A DNA stretch of 64,000 nucleotides from Williamsia sp. (lineage in GTDB: Bacteria; Actinomycetota; Actinomycetes; Mycobacteriales; Mycobacteriaceae): assembly GCF_016462415.1 (NCBI RefSeq), contig NZ_JAEMTF010000003.1, forward strand, positions 28,837-92,836. The letters are read 5' to 3'. Within the stretch, counting starts at the first letter, position 1; the number at the start of each line of letters is the position of its first letter. A program made the translations under genes and the position numbers. This document shows, one piece after another, positions 27,422 to 37,376 of the stretch. Below the pieces are notes generated by a model. It worked only from the letters and a program-made list of their open reading frames with translations, was not told the DNA's origin and did no database searches.

Positions 27422-28310
27422 CCGAGGCCCTCCAGCACTGAGCAAGATTCACGGGAACTCTGATGTCATCAAAGTGGTTTCGGTGCTGCGCGCTTCGTGA
27501 CCGCAGCCAACTGTCACTGAGTGCGGTCAGCAGCCGATACCGCTGCACCCGATCTACCAGCCTGATGACCTGGGGAACCATCAGCGCCGCGACCAGCAGC
27601 ACCGTGACCAGCGTCGTCAAACTGACGGCGATCAACGAACTCCCCTCGACATAGCTACTTGGAAAAACGTTCGGCGCCATGTGAACAACGAAGACCCGCA
27701 GAACGATGTGGATCGAAAACAGGATCGCTGTTACTGACGCGAGCCCGATCAGCACCATCATCGCTCGAATCGCACCAACAAATTCTGACGAGGCGCGTCC
27801 GATGAGCGCGATCGCCGCCACGCCGACCACCGCAATTGCGAGAGCGACGTACGCCCAGAAAATGGACTGCGAGAGGCTCGAGTCGAAGGCGTCAGGGAGG
27901 TAGCTGATCGGCCGGTTTCGCAAGTTGCTAGTCGCAAATGCCCCGAACAGCACGCCCCCCGTCATAGCCGCAAACCAGTGTGGCACTCGGGGATTGAATC
28001 CGTATCCGACGACCCAGGCAGTCGCCGGCACGCAGTACCCGAGTGCAAGGGTGGTGCTGGTGATCGTCAGGAAGTATGGAACGTTGTACCACCGCCCAGA
28101 GCCGTCGACTTCTTGGCTCAAGCCGTCGAAGAAATTCTCGATCACTGGGAGGTGAAGAAATCGTGCACACACAAACAGCACCAGCGCGATGCCGATCCAG
28201 TGGCCCCCCGACGTGGGCGAGGACCCCGGTCCTGACCGCGACAGCAATTTCACGCCGACCGCCAGAAGGACAAGGGCTCCGCACGTAGTCATCATGTCAA
28301 GCCAAAACAT
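27372..28310 (-). CDS. polytopic membrane protein (about 8 TM), possibly MAB_1171c-family
   Basis: Hydrophobic segments throughout, with a cytosolic C-terminal tail (VDRVQRYRLLTALSDSWLRSRSAQ). Its start shares one base with the ImmA-like stop (TGATG). The family name is from memory only. Confidence 0.55.
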   Translation of the reverse strand: MFWLDMMTTCGALVLLAVGVKLLSRSGPGSSPTSGGHWIGIALVLFVCARFLHLPVIENFFDGLSQEVDGSGRWYNVPYFLTITSTTLALGYCVPATAWVVGYGFNPRVPHWFAAMTGGVLFGAFATSNLRNRPISYLPDAFDSSLSQSIFWAYVALAIAVVGVAAIALIGRASSEFVGAIRAMMVLIGLASVTAILFSIHIVLRVFVVHMAPNVFPSSYVEGSSLIAVSLTTLVTVLLVAALMVPQVIRLVDRVQRYRLLTALSDSWLRSRSAQHRNHFDDIRVPVNLAQCWRASATPVVTHRMMFEISQH

Positions 28311-28945
28311 CAGAACATGCTCACAGCGACACAGTAGTAGCCAAATGTCCGCGCGATCCGATCAATCATCAAGGCGCCTCGGTCGTGACCTCTGCTCGCA
28401 GAAATCCGGGCCCGCTTCTCGTCAACTCTGGCCAGGACGATCGTTGCGAACCACTCCGCTTCTTGTTCTGCCCGTTCATAATCCGTCAACGGTGACAGAT
28501 CCGATGGGGCATGCGAGCCCGCCTTACACGCAAATGACCCCAGGTGTGATTCCACGATCGCCGGTGGCAGGGCACCGAGCCATCCAACCCAACGCTCGGG
28601 AGTGACGCGACGAGGGTGCCCCAGCAGAAGGTGACCCATTTCGTGCGCGATGACGTACCGGCGTTCGTCGGCCGACAGGTCGGCTACGAGGACAATCTCG
28701 TCGTAACCCTCGAGCGGCCATAGTTGTCCGGTTACGCCCTCGCCAAAGGTTGAATCATCGCGCGCCGTGACAACACGGATCGGGCGAGTGCGTCGCAACG
28801 ACTCGTCTACGACGAAGGAATCCGCAGTCCACATCGGACCAGGCGCGACTTCTCGAACCAGCGCCTCCGCAACGGCCATCGGCGTGGCGTTCGTTACTCG
28901 CCCCTCGCCTGTGCGCTCACGTGTTGAGCGCGGGACGAACCTCAT
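28310..28945 (-). CDS. ImmA/IrrE-family zinc metallopeptidase
   Basis: HEXXH motif VIAHEMGHLLLGH (about 28631-28651 on the minus strand). ATGA overlap with the upstream gene. Confidence 0.8.
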   Translation of the reverse strand: MRFVPRSTRERTGEGRVTNATPMAVAEALVREVAPGPMWTADSFVVDESLRRTRPIRVVTARDDSTFGEGVTGQLWPLEGYDEIVLVADLSADERRYVIAHEMGHLLLGHPRRVTPERWVGWLGALPPAIVESHLGSFACKAGSHAPSDLSPLTDYERAEQEAEWFATIVLARVDEKRARISASRGHDRGALMIDRIARTFGYYCVAVSMF

Positions 28946-29388
28946 GAGGCGAGGAGCGAAAGCCGTCCCGACGAGAACAGATAGGCACGATAGTCGCGAA
29001 GCTCAACTACTGACATCAGGGCAAACACCGGCAACCCATTTCCACCACGTGCATGCGGCATCCCCATGTTCCGAATGGACAAGAGAATCTCTGCCTGGAC
29101 CAGAGGCAGCAGGTAAGCCTCGGGATCATCTGACAACATCGACGTGTCGTCGTGCCACTGACACGCGTCCGCGTAGGCCCGCCGCTCACGTGCGCTAGGT
29201 ATCGACGCCCCATCGAGATGCGATTGCACCACTTCGGATTTGACCTCGAAACCTAACCCGCGAAGGCGCTCGGCAATCGCACCCGGATAGTCATCCGAGA
29301 TCCCAGGGGCGAGTGCGATCATGATTCGAAGGCGCGAACTCAGCGATTCAGATCTGCCGGCGGCGTCGAGTTGATCCATAGACGTCAT
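28942..29388 (-). CDS. hypothetical protein (148 aa) within the HTH/ImmA operon
   Basis: Intact ORF tightly packed between the HTH and ImmA genes. I recognise no motif. Confidence 0.5.
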   Translation of the reverse strand: MTSMDQLDAAGRSESLSSRLRIMIALAPGISDDYPGAIAERLRGLGFEVKSEVVQSHLDGASIPSARERRAYADACQWHDDTSMLSDDPEAYLLPLVQAEILLSIRNMGMPHARGGNGLPVFALMSVVELRDYRAYLFSSGRLSLLAS

Positions 29389-29397
29389 CTGCAGACC

Positions 29398-30189
29398 CTA
29401 GTGCGTCGCCACGCTGATAGCGCGCATCTTCCGGTCGAACCGATTCGAAAATCGCCCATCTGTGTCTTCTGCAATTCCGATTAGCCAACGGCGATATCTC
29501 TGGTCATCGCGTTGTTGCACTGTCGCATCATCGAACGGCACTTCATCTAGCAGGTACGGCCCGAACGCCGTTTGCAGGAATCCGGGAACGGTCCGACCCG
29601 GCCCCCCGAAACGTTCCAGCACCTCAGTCGCATGGGCGGCGCTGAGCTTGTGCGCGAACCGAATCAGTGCGGTCGCGACGTCAGCATCTACCGCGGCGCT
29701 GGGCGTCAGTCTCTGGATGAGGGCCAAGCCTTCGCGCAGCACATCAGCGGGAACCTCAACATAATTAAAGTCAAGCGCATCAGGCGGCGTCACGGACTGA
29801 CTCGCACGCCCGACGTCGTCACTTGCGATCACGGATTCAGAGTCTGACGACGAGCCGAGCGGTCCTGACGGTACCGGGGGCCGGAGGTCAAGACAGCCTG
29901 CAGCAGAACCGCGCTGCCACTGTAAGGCCGTGTCTAAGCGCTCCAGAGTGCTCGGTCGAGGGAACGCGGTCGACGCGGTCGGGCTCTCGATTCGCGCCAT
30001 GGTCGAATCCGATGGGCCGCCTGCTCGGCGTAGAGCATCCCTGGTGAGACCAAGAGTCCGTCGCCGCTCAACGACCGCATCAGCGAGGAATGCCAGCTGC
30101 GGCGGTATCTGATCGGGCACGGGCCTGAGTTTATCGCCCCGAGCCACGCGTCTTGAGTCACCGAAGCTTGTGGGTCCTCTAACCGTCAT
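29398..30189 (-). CDS. XRE-like helix-turn-helix regulator with a long C-terminal domain
   Basis: HTH segment FLADAVVERRRTLGLTRDALRRAGGPSDSTMARIES. First gene of the four-gene operon, divergent from the transfer block. Confidence 0.65.
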   Translation of the reverse strand: MTVRGPTSFGDSRRVARGDKLRPVPDQIPPQLAFLADAVVERRRTLGLTRDALRRAGGPSDSTMARIESPTASTAFPRPSTLERLDTALQWQRGSAAGCLDLRPPVPSGPLGSSSDSESVIASDDVGRASQSVTPPDALDFNYVEVPADVLREGLALIQRLTPSAAVDADVATALIRFAHKLSAAHATEVLERFGGPGRTVPGFLQTAFGPYLLDEVPFDDATVQQRDDQRYRRWLIGIAEDTDGRFSNRFDRKMRAISVATH

Positions 30190-30385
30190 AAAACCATCAT
30201 AATCGTTCGTGACGCCTCTTTCACCTGCATATGACCTTCGCCAGTCTTCGTCCTTGCACTTGTGATGTCTCTGTGACGTGTTAGCGTTCCCGTGAAGGTC
30301 TTACGACGTCCACTGAGAAGTCGGCGACTGCTCGGCGCACGAGCTACGAGCTACGAGCTACGCGACCGGGTTACCCAATGAACCC
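30190..30385. promoter_or_regulatory. divergent promoter region between the HTH/ImmA operon and the transfer operon
   Basis: 196-bp gap between divergently oriented first genes. It contains (CGAGCTA)x3 at 30340-30362. No -10/-35 elements were assigned. Confidence 0.3.
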
Positions 30386-31693
30386 TTGAGAGGAATCACT
30401 GTGTTGCAGAGCACCCGCTCACAAAAGGTGAAGTTGCCGCTAGTCGGATTTGCCATCACGCATGACACGCACTTCACACAGAAGCTGTTGGTGGCGAGCG
30501 TTGTCGCCGCTCTCGGGCTTGGATTGGCCGGTGCGGGAACGGCTGCTGGCGCTCCCGAAGACGACCAGGGCGGTGTCACCTCACCGTCCGTCTCGGGCGG
30601 AGACCAAGCCGGTGTGACGGGCGCACCCGACACCGGGCCCGGCGCGATTCCCGATCCCCCGCGAGAGGCCCCGTACCGGCCCATTCCGATTGACGACGGG
30701 CCGGTCTACAGCGGCCCCACCTACACCGACCCCGGCTACAACACCGAACCGGCCATCAACCAGTCGCCGGCACCGCGGGCGACGACCCAGCCCACCCCGT
30801 CTCCCAAGATTCGTCCCGGTGGACCGGTTCGGCCGATCCTTCCCCCGAAGGGGTACTTGCGGGTCGGCCGGTTCATCACCAAGGACACCGGTCCGCTGTC
30901 GCACGCGCAGGTCAACTCGATCAACCGGTACGCGGCCTATGGCGAGGCCAAGATCGCGCAGTCGCTGATCGCGGTTGGTGTGTCACCGCGTGAGGCGGAC
31001 CGGCAGGCTGCGTCCACGATCATCGGTGTCGTCGTCGGCGGCGGTGTCGGCGCGGCCACACTGGGTATCCCGCTGGCCGTTGTCGGTGGCCTGGGTGGTG
31101 CGGCGATCGGTGCCGGTATCGGCGCGTTGGTTCCGCCCACACCGTTCAACGCCGGTCCAGGTGCGCTGATCGGCGCAGGGTCCGGTGCCGTAGTGCTCGG
31201 ACTCGGGGGCGCCGCGGCTGGTGCCGGTATCGGCGGGACCATCGGCGGTGTCATTGGCTACATACTCGGTGCCGGTGACCCCAGGGCCCATCCGACGCTG
31301 CCGGGTCACGACCCGGCTCGGCCGCCGGCGCCGCTGCGTAAGGCTGCGCCATTGCTCAACCCTGGTGCGAACCGATATCAGCTGACGGTCGGTGATGAGG
31401 CGGGCCTCCCCGGGAGAGGCAAGGTCAGCTACGTCGTTGAAACCAACGGCGCGGTCGATCTCACGGCCACGATCGGTGGTCGTGACTTCCACGTCGGGTT
31501 GACAAAGGCCCAGGCCGAGGCCCCATTGAAGGCCCTCGGCGGAGCTGAGGCGCAGGCCCGTCATGCGATCGACGACGCCACGAAACGAATAAGTGACGCG
31601 GCGAATTCGCTTGCCGGGGTCCACGTGGAGTTCCCGCAGTTCGTCGCACCCCGTCACGCTGTGAACCCCCGCCATTCTGCGGCGCATCGGTAG
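30386..31693 (+). CDS. secreted/membrane protein with Pro-rich linker and glycine-zipper region
   Basis: Signal-like LLVASVVAALGLGLAGAGTAAGAP, a Pro-rich stretch, and a Gly-zipper block (IIGVVVGGGVGAATLGIPLAVVGGLGGAAIGAGIGAL...). The start is ambiguous (TTG 30386 or GTG 30401). Confidence 0.55.
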   Translation: MRGITVLQSTRSQKVKLPLVGFAITHDTHFTQKLLVASVVAALGLGLAGAGTAAGAPEDDQGGVTSPSVSGGDQAGVTGAPDTGPGAIPDPPREAPYRPIPIDDGPVYSGPTYTDPGYNTEPAINQSPAPRATTQPTPSPKIRPGGPVRPILPPKGYLRVGRFITKDTGPLSHAQVNSINRYAAYGEAKIAQSLIAVGVSPREADRQAASTIIGVVVGGGVGAATLGIPLAVVGGLGGAAIGAGIGALVPPTPFNAGPGALIGAGSGAVVLGLGGAAAGAGIGGTIGGVIGYILGAGDPRAHPTLPGHDPARPPAPLRKAAPLLNPGANRYQLTVGDEAGLPGRGKVSYVVETNGAVDLTATIGGRDFHVGLTKAQAEAPLKALGGAEAQARHAIDDATKRISDAANSLAGVHVEFPQFVAPRHAVNPRHSAAHR

Positions 31694-31706
31694 GGGCTGA
31701 TCACTC

Positions 31707-32579
31707 ATGGCTTATGGCTCCACCGACAATGGTCGCCGCCCCGCGCGACGACGAGCCACTCCTGCTGGCGAGGCGTTGCCTCGGCGGCGGGTGGCAGTCG
31801 TTGGGGCCGTACCAGGTTCGGCTCCTCAGCGGCCAGCTGCACCGCCGAGGGAGGTACTCAGACCAGTCACCGTGACTCCTGTTGTGCCCCCGCTGCTGTC
31901 ACCGTCTGCTGAGCCTGTCGAGATGTCCACCGCACCGATAGCGGCTCCCGCTGCGAGTCGTGCGCAGGGGGCGTCACGGCGGCGCAATAGACGCGCACTA
32001 TCGGTATCGCTGGGCAGCCTGCTGGTCCTCGTCGTGATCGGGATCATCGCTTCAGCGGGGCTGATCTCGCCGATGCTCGGTTCTCGGTCCGTCAATACCG
32101 CGATCGCCATTCCATCTGCTGACACCTCTGCCTCGATCGCGGCGAGTCCTATCACTTCCCCCGCCACCGCTCCGGCGGTCGCACCGTCTGCGCTGGTGCC
32201 AGGATGTCCGACGCTGGCCGATGGCCCGGTGTCCTCCGGGAACGATGCCGGCGGTCCGCGCGGCGGGGTCGAGGTCATCAAAGCGTTTCAGTTCGCCTAT
32301 TACGTCACCCGCTCCGCGGCCGCGGCACAGGCGTTTCAAGCACCGTCCGCCCGAAGGACCACGGTCACCAAGCTCCAGGGCTTCATCAACGCCGTCCCCG
32401 TCGGCACCACTCACTGCGTGGCGATCACCGATCGCGGCGCGGGGCTGTGGGCGGTCACCGTCAACGAGATGGTCCCCGGTCAGCCCCCGAACCTCTTCTA
32501 CCAACTCGCCAAGACCGCGGATGTGGGCGATAAGACCGTCATCACATCGGTGGCCAAAGACCCAATCGAAGGGAAGTGA
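31707..32579 (+). CDS. membrane-anchored hypothetical protein
   Basis: Arg/Pro-rich N-terminus, one TM (LSVSLGSLLVLVVIGIIASAGLI), and a C-terminal globular domain (VIKAFQFAYYVTRSAAAAQAF...). Confidence 0.55.
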   Translation: MAYGSTDNGRRPARRRATPAGEALPRRRVAVVGAVPGSAPQRPAAPPREVLRPVTVTPVVPPLLSPSAEPVEMSTAPIAAPAASRAQGASRRRNRRALSVSLGSLLVLVVIGIIASAGLISPMLGSRSVNTAIAIPSADTSASIAASPITSPATAPAVAPSALVPGCPTLADGPVSSGNDAGGPRGGVEVIKAFQFAYYVTRSAAAAQAFQAPSARRTTVTKLQGFINAVPVGTTHCVAITDRGAGLWAVTVNEMVPGQPPNLFYQLAKTADVGDKTVITSVAKDPIEGK

Positions 32580-32838
32580 CCATGCCGATCCGGTCCGAAA
32601 AGAGCTGCGCTGGTGGCCAGCTGGGCCCGACCACCAATCTATTCCCAACGGATCACGTGCTGAACAGATAGCTCAGCCGTGATGCGCCCAGGCGGGGGCG
32701 CTCACACACGTCAATCAGCGCACCACAGCGCGGGTTGACTCGTCGGCCACCAGATGAGGATGCCACCGCCTTGGCGTCGTCTCTGGTGGCCGCCGTCTTT
32801 CCCCCCAACTCAACACCACTGTCCTGGAGGAAAACCCG

Positions 32839-34449
32839 ATGAATCTACCGCCCACCCTGCGGCTGCGAGCACCCCGTCGCCGCGTACGCCTGGGGCTGAC
32901 CGCTGTGAGTGTGTCGGCCGCGATCATCACCGCCGGGGCCGTGGTGCCGCAGACGGCGAGCGCAGCGTCATCGTGCCCACTGCTTCACGTGTTCGCGTTG
33001 CAGGGCACCACCGAGTCATCGACGACCACGAACTCTAAGGTCGACTCCGGGATGCTCTCGCAGGTCCTGATTCCCGTCGACAACGCGCTGCGATCGAACA
33101 AGACGCTCATTGATCGCGACTACGTTCCGTATCCGGCCAGCTTCGGTGGACGCGCCGGTGACAAGTCGACCGACACCTACACCCAGAGTGTCGAGACCGG
33201 AATCGCCAACACCAACAAGCTGATCAGCTCAGTGCACTCCAGCTGCCCGTCGACACGGGTGGCGATCATGGGCTATTCCCAGGGTGCGCACGTCGCGCAC
33301 AACGTCATCGCCAACATCGGGGCCGGCAAGGGCCCTATCCCCGCCGACATGTTCGCCGCCGGTGCGCTGTTTTCCGACCCCGTGCGCCAGCAAGGCGCAT
33401 CACTGTTCCCAGGTGCCCCCAATCAGATCAGCCCGGCCGCTGTCCCGGGCACCACCGGTGCAGCGGTGACCAAAGTAGCCGCCGACGCCCAGGTGCCCTC
33501 CACCGGAGGCGGTATCGCCCCGGTCCAGCCCGGGGAGACCGACACCCAGGGCTTCGGTGGAGTGTCGGGTCGTGTCACCAGCTTCTGCCAGACCGGCGAC
33601 CTGGCGTGCTCGGCGAGTGACTCCCCTGTCGTCAAGCTCGCCACCAACATCTCCGGGCAGCTCCACCTCGACCAGCAAGACCCCCAGCAGACGCTGATCG
33701 ACGTGGCGTTGGCGTTGGGCGGTACCGCGATCCGTTCCACAGCAACGATTGTCAACGACGACGTCCAGACCGGCGATGGCACCACCGCCGGATTGCAGTA
33801 CACCCCGCAGAAGACGTTGCTTTCCCGCGTCGCCGATGGCAGCGACCCGCAGGGCAGCGCCGATGTCGTCGGGGCGATGGTCAAGGTCGGGACGATCGCT
33901 TTCAACACCGGCGTCGCGATCGCGAAGAAGATCATCACCCCGGGCAATATCGCCGAGCTGGCAACTGTCGGTCTGGCCAATCCTGCTGCCGCGCTGATCC
34001 TTTTTGGTCAGAAGCTCGGCTCGGCAGCGCTGGAGATGTTGCCGCCGATCGGGGTCGACCAAATCCAGAGCATTTTCTTCAACGAGATCAGCCAGGACAT
34101 CACCGACAACAAGTCCCTGGTGAACATGGCCACCGACGTCAGGTACTGGAACACCGTGCGCCTGCACGGCTCCTACGCCTCGACCCCGGTCACCCCGACC
34201 GGCAAGGCCCCGACCGGCTTCGTCGCGCAGTGGCTCGAATCAGCCGTCAAGGACCTCGCCGACAATACCTCATTGGGCGGATCGACAGATTCACCGTCGA
34301 CGACCGACACCACGACGACGACGACCAGCTCTACTGCCCTGCCAGCCAGCAGTCCCGATCTCGCGCCTGCGTCGATCGGAAATGGAGCCGACGACCCGCG
34401 AACCACCTCGACGCCGGTCACCACAACAACGACCACCTCAGGGCAGTAG
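32839..34449 (+). CDS. secreted cutinase-family serine esterase with a large C-terminal extension
   Basis: Signal peptide (LGLTAVSVSAAIITAGAVVPQTASA), an early Cys (SSCPLLHVFALQGTTES) and the nucleophile motif GYSQGA (33271-33288). The Asp-containing C..GD..C element (FCQTGDLAC) is also present. A Thr-rich tail follows. Confidence 0.75.
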   Translation: MNLPPTLRLRAPRRRVRLGLTAVSVSAAIITAGAVVPQTASAASSCPLLHVFALQGTTESSTTTNSKVDSGMLSQVLIPVDNALRSNKTLIDRDYVPYPASFGGRAGDKSTDTYTQSVETGIANTNKLISSVHSSCPSTRVAIMGYSQGAHVAHNVIANIGAGKGPIPADMFAAGALFSDPVRQQGASLFPGAPNQISPAAVPGTTGAAVTKVAADAQVPSTGGGIAPVQPGETDTQGFGGVSGRVTSFCQTGDLACSASDSPVVKLATNISGQLHLDQQDPQQTLIDVALALGGTAIRSTATIVNDDVQTGDGTTAGLQYTPQKTLLSRVADGSDPQGSADVVGAMVKVGTIAFNTGVAIAKKIITPGNIAELATVGLANPAAALILFGQKLGSAALEMLPPIGVDQIQSIFFNEISQDITDNKSLVNMATDVRYWNTVRLHGSYASTPVTPTGKAPTGFVAQWLESAVKDLADNTSLGGSTDSPSTTDTTTTTTSSTALPASSPDLAPASIGNGADDPRTTSTPVTTTTTTSGQ

Positions 34450-34460
34450 GGAGCGACACC

Positions 34461-35700
34461 ATGAGTGAACCGACAGACGATTACATGCAGTGGCTGCGTA
34501 GCGGCGATCCGGCACCGCAGGCAACCGCCTCCAGCGAGGTCGACGACGCTGCCGACGAGACGCGGCCGATGCCGACCCTGCGCCCGGTCCATGGAATCCC
34601 AAGGGGCGCGTCAGACGTCCGGGGACCTGAGGTGGGTTTCGATCCGCAAGCCTGGTCGCATCCCGCTGAGCCGGTCCTGACGCGCCAGAACATGACCGCA
34701 GGCGCAGCCGGGTGGAACCGAGCGACTGTCCGCGCCACGCCCGCCTCGGGGTGGCGCAGAGCGCTCTACGTGACGACCGGGCACCTGATCAACCCGGGTG
34801 AGAACCCGCTTGACGTGCGTGGCCGTGAGCTCGATGCGCGGCTCCGTCAACCGGTCGAGGACCGCGACTACTCGATCGCGGTCCTGTCGATCAAGGGCGG
34901 ATCGGCGAAGACGACCACCACGATCGCCCTGGGTAATGCGTTCGCCGAGGTCCGTGGGCGACGGTGTGATCGCCGTTGACGTCAACCCCGACTGCGGCAA
35001 CCTCGCCGACCGGATCACCCGCCGCACCGATTCCTCGATACGCGATCTGCTCGCCGACACGCAGGTACTGGGTCGCCGCGACATCTGCCGGCACACCAAC
35101 GAGTCCCCGGCCCGCCTCGAGGTACTCGCATCCCCGCTCGATCCCGCGGTCAGCGAATCGTTCAGTGCCGCCGACTACGGCCGCGTCTATCAGATCCTGC
35201 GCGAGCACTACGCAGTGATCCTGTCTGACAACGGCACTGGCGTGAAGCACGACGCACTCAATGCGGTGCTGGCGTCGGCCTCGACGGTGGTGGTGCCGAT
35301 GGCAGCGAAGGTCGACTCCGCGGACGCGGCGACCAAGACGCTGGACTGGCTCTACAACTCGCCGCTGATCGATCCCGACACCGGGGAGCGCGTGACCGAC
35401 CATTCCGGCCGCGACATCTTCCCCTACCGCCATCTGGTGTCCGCCGCGGTCGTCGTGGTGTCCCACCAGCGGCCCGGTCGCCCGGAAATCGATATGGCCT
35501 CGTGCCGAGAGTATTTCGCCAACCGTGTCCGCGCGGTCGTCGAGATCCCGTTCGATCCGCACCTGTCCGAGGGTGCGCTGGTCGACCCGGCGCGGTTGGC
35601 GAAGAAGACCCGCGAGGCGTGGCGGGTGCTGGCCGGAGTCATCGCTGACGACTTCGGCCGGCCTTCCGGCCGCACCGCCGCGCAGGCCCGCCAGCGCTGA
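34461..35700 (+). pseudogene. MinD/ParA-family ATPase, frame-disrupted near 34956-34960
   Basis: ORF 34230..34979 (real start ATG 34461, GGGAG upstream) carries the deviant Walker A SIKGGSAKTTTT and ends ...AEVRGRRCDRR*. ORF 34798..35700 continues in another frame with DGVIAVDVNPDCGNLADRI... Removing one base from the run cgtGGGc restores ...AEVRGDGVIAVDVNPD. Confidence 0.75.
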
Positions 35701-35755
35701 GCCCCGCGAGCTCCGACCACACCGCCAGTAGCCACACCACCCACGAGGGGAACCC

Positions 35756-36799
35756 ATGAACACCACGAAGAAAGCCGGTCTGGCTCTCGTCGCGGCTGTC
35801 ATGGCTGTGGTGATGCTGCTGGTGGTGTGGCTGGTCCAGGTCGACTCCGACAGCCAGACCACCGGCCAGACCGGGTTGTCGTCGGCGAAGCTCAAGCCCG
35901 GAACGGTACCGCCGGAGTTCGAGGCCGCGATCACCGCCGCGGGCTCGGTGTGCCCGGAGGTACCGGCACCGTTCATCGCCGCCCAGCTCGAGCAGGAATC
36001 GGGGTTCAACCCCAGAGCGGTGTCCCCGGCCGGTGCGCAGGGCATCGCCCAGTTCATGCCCGGAACCGCTGCAGCGTATGGACTGAGCGATCCGTTCGAT
36101 CCGATTGCCTCGATTGCTGCGCAAGGCCGCTACGACTGCACGATCGCAAAGAACATGAAGGCCAAGATCGCCTCCGGTGCGGTCAAAGGCGACGTCCTCG
36201 ACGTCATCAGCTGGTCTTACAACGCCGGCGAGGGTGCGGTGGTGCAGTACGGCGGCGAGCCCCCCTACGCCGAGACCATCGCCTATGCGAAGTCCATCAA
36301 GTCGAAGATGGCCAGATACACCCAGCCCGGGTCGACCTTCGGTGGTCCGGGCGTGGGCAAGGGCGGCAAGTACACCTACCGGCCCGGTGTCGACGAGGGC
36401 CAGCAGACCGTCGCGGCGTTGATGCAGTACCTCGGCATCACCTACGCCTGGGGCGGCGGCGATTTCAACGGCCCGACCAAAGGCATCCACGACGGCGGCG
36501 TGGCCGATGCACACGGTGACTACAACAAGGTCGGCTTCGACTGCTCAGGCGCGACGCAGTACGCACTCTTTCAGGGAACCAACGGACGAGTCCGATTGGG
36601 CCGCAACACACATGCCCAGAGCGGCGATGGGCGAGCTGTACCCATGAGCGACCTAAAGGCGGGTGACCTCATCTTGATGAACGGTGACGAACACGTGGGC
36701 CTGGCCCGCGGCGACGGAACAATGATCGAAGCCCCCGAATCCGGGGACGTCCTCAAAGTATCGAAGGTCCGCGACGGCCACGGGGTGCAAGTCCTGTGA
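35756..36799 (+). CDS. bifunctional lytic transglycosylase (SLT) / NlpC-P60 peptidoglycan hydrolase
   Basis: TM anchor, SLT catalytic region AAQLEQESGFNPRAVSPAGAQGIAQFMP, and an NlpC/P60 region YAWGGG...GFDCSGATQYAL...GDLILMNGDEHVGL. Confidence 0.9.
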   Translation: MNTTKKAGLALVAAVMAVVMLLVVWLVQVDSDSQTTGQTGLSSAKLKPGTVPPEFEAAITAAGSVCPEVPAPFIAAQLEQESGFNPRAVSPAGAQGIAQFMPGTAAAYGLSDPFDPIASIAAQGRYDCTIAKNMKAKIASGAVKGDVLDVISWSYNAGEGAVVQYGGEPPYAETIAYAKSIKSKMARYTQPGSTFGGPGVGKGGKYTYRPGVDEGQQTVAALMQYLGITYAWGGGDFNGPTKGIHDGGVADAHGDYNKVGFDCSGATQYALFQGTNGRVRLGRNTHAQSGDGRAVPMSDLKAGDLILMNGDEHVGLARGDGTMIEAPESGDVLKVSKVRDGHGVQVL

Positions 36800-37371
36800 A
36801 TACCCGGATCCGCGCCTCCGCGATCGCGATTGCGATCCTGGGGGCAGCGTTACTCGCGCTCACCGGATGCGGCATCGGCGAGGACACCGTGCCACCGGCC
36901 TCGACGTCACGCTCCTGCTCTGATCCATTGTCGAACACCGCCTTCGGCACCGCAAACACCTGCGATCAGACCCAGCTCATCACCACCGCGTTGACGGTGA
37001 TGTTCTCCTGGGATCCGGCTACCGACACCAACCCGCACTCCGCATCGGCGCGTGCGCTGCCCCTGATGACCGGCGAGCTACACACCGCCACCGAACAAGG
37101 ACCGCAAGGGCCCGGGTCGATCAACCCCGGCGCGGACTGGCTGGCCCAGCGCGACGCCGGGTGGGCGACCACCGCACAGGTCAGCGTCGCCCGCGAAGAC
37201 GGCCACGTCATCTACCTGGTGCACCAGATACTCACGGCGTCCCCCGGGAAAAAGCCCACCCCAGGTCCCGCCGGCCGCTCCGGTCGCACCGTCAACGACT
37301 TCTCAGTAACAGCGTTGACCACCCGCGTCTCCTCCGGCGGATTCCGTCTCTCTCAAATCCAGGTCAGGTGA
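36796..37371 (+). CDS. lipoprotein, function unknown
   Basis: Lipobox AALLALTGCG. GTGA overlap with the upstream gene. Confidence 0.6.
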   Translation: MNTRIRASAIAIAILGAALLALTGCGIGEDTVPPASTSRSCSDPLSNTAFGTANTCDQTQLITTALTVMFSWDPATDTNPHSASARALPLMTGELHTATEQGPQGPGSINPGADWLAQRDAGWATTAQVSVAREDGHVIYLVHQILTASPGKKPTPGPAGRSGRTVNDFSVTALTTRVSSGGFRLSQIQVR

Positions 37372-37376
37372 GCGAC

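Noticed and set aside
30340-30362. Tandem heptamer (CGAGCTA)x3
   Set aside because: Only three copies, so it could be chance or a minor slippage tract. It is kept only as a note within the divergent promoter feature.
34891-36514. Long minus-strand ORFs (388 aa and 291 aa) opposite the ParA-like and SLT/NlpC-P60 genes
   Set aside because: These are antisense shadows of well-supported + strand genes, with Arg/Gly-rich composition and no motifs.
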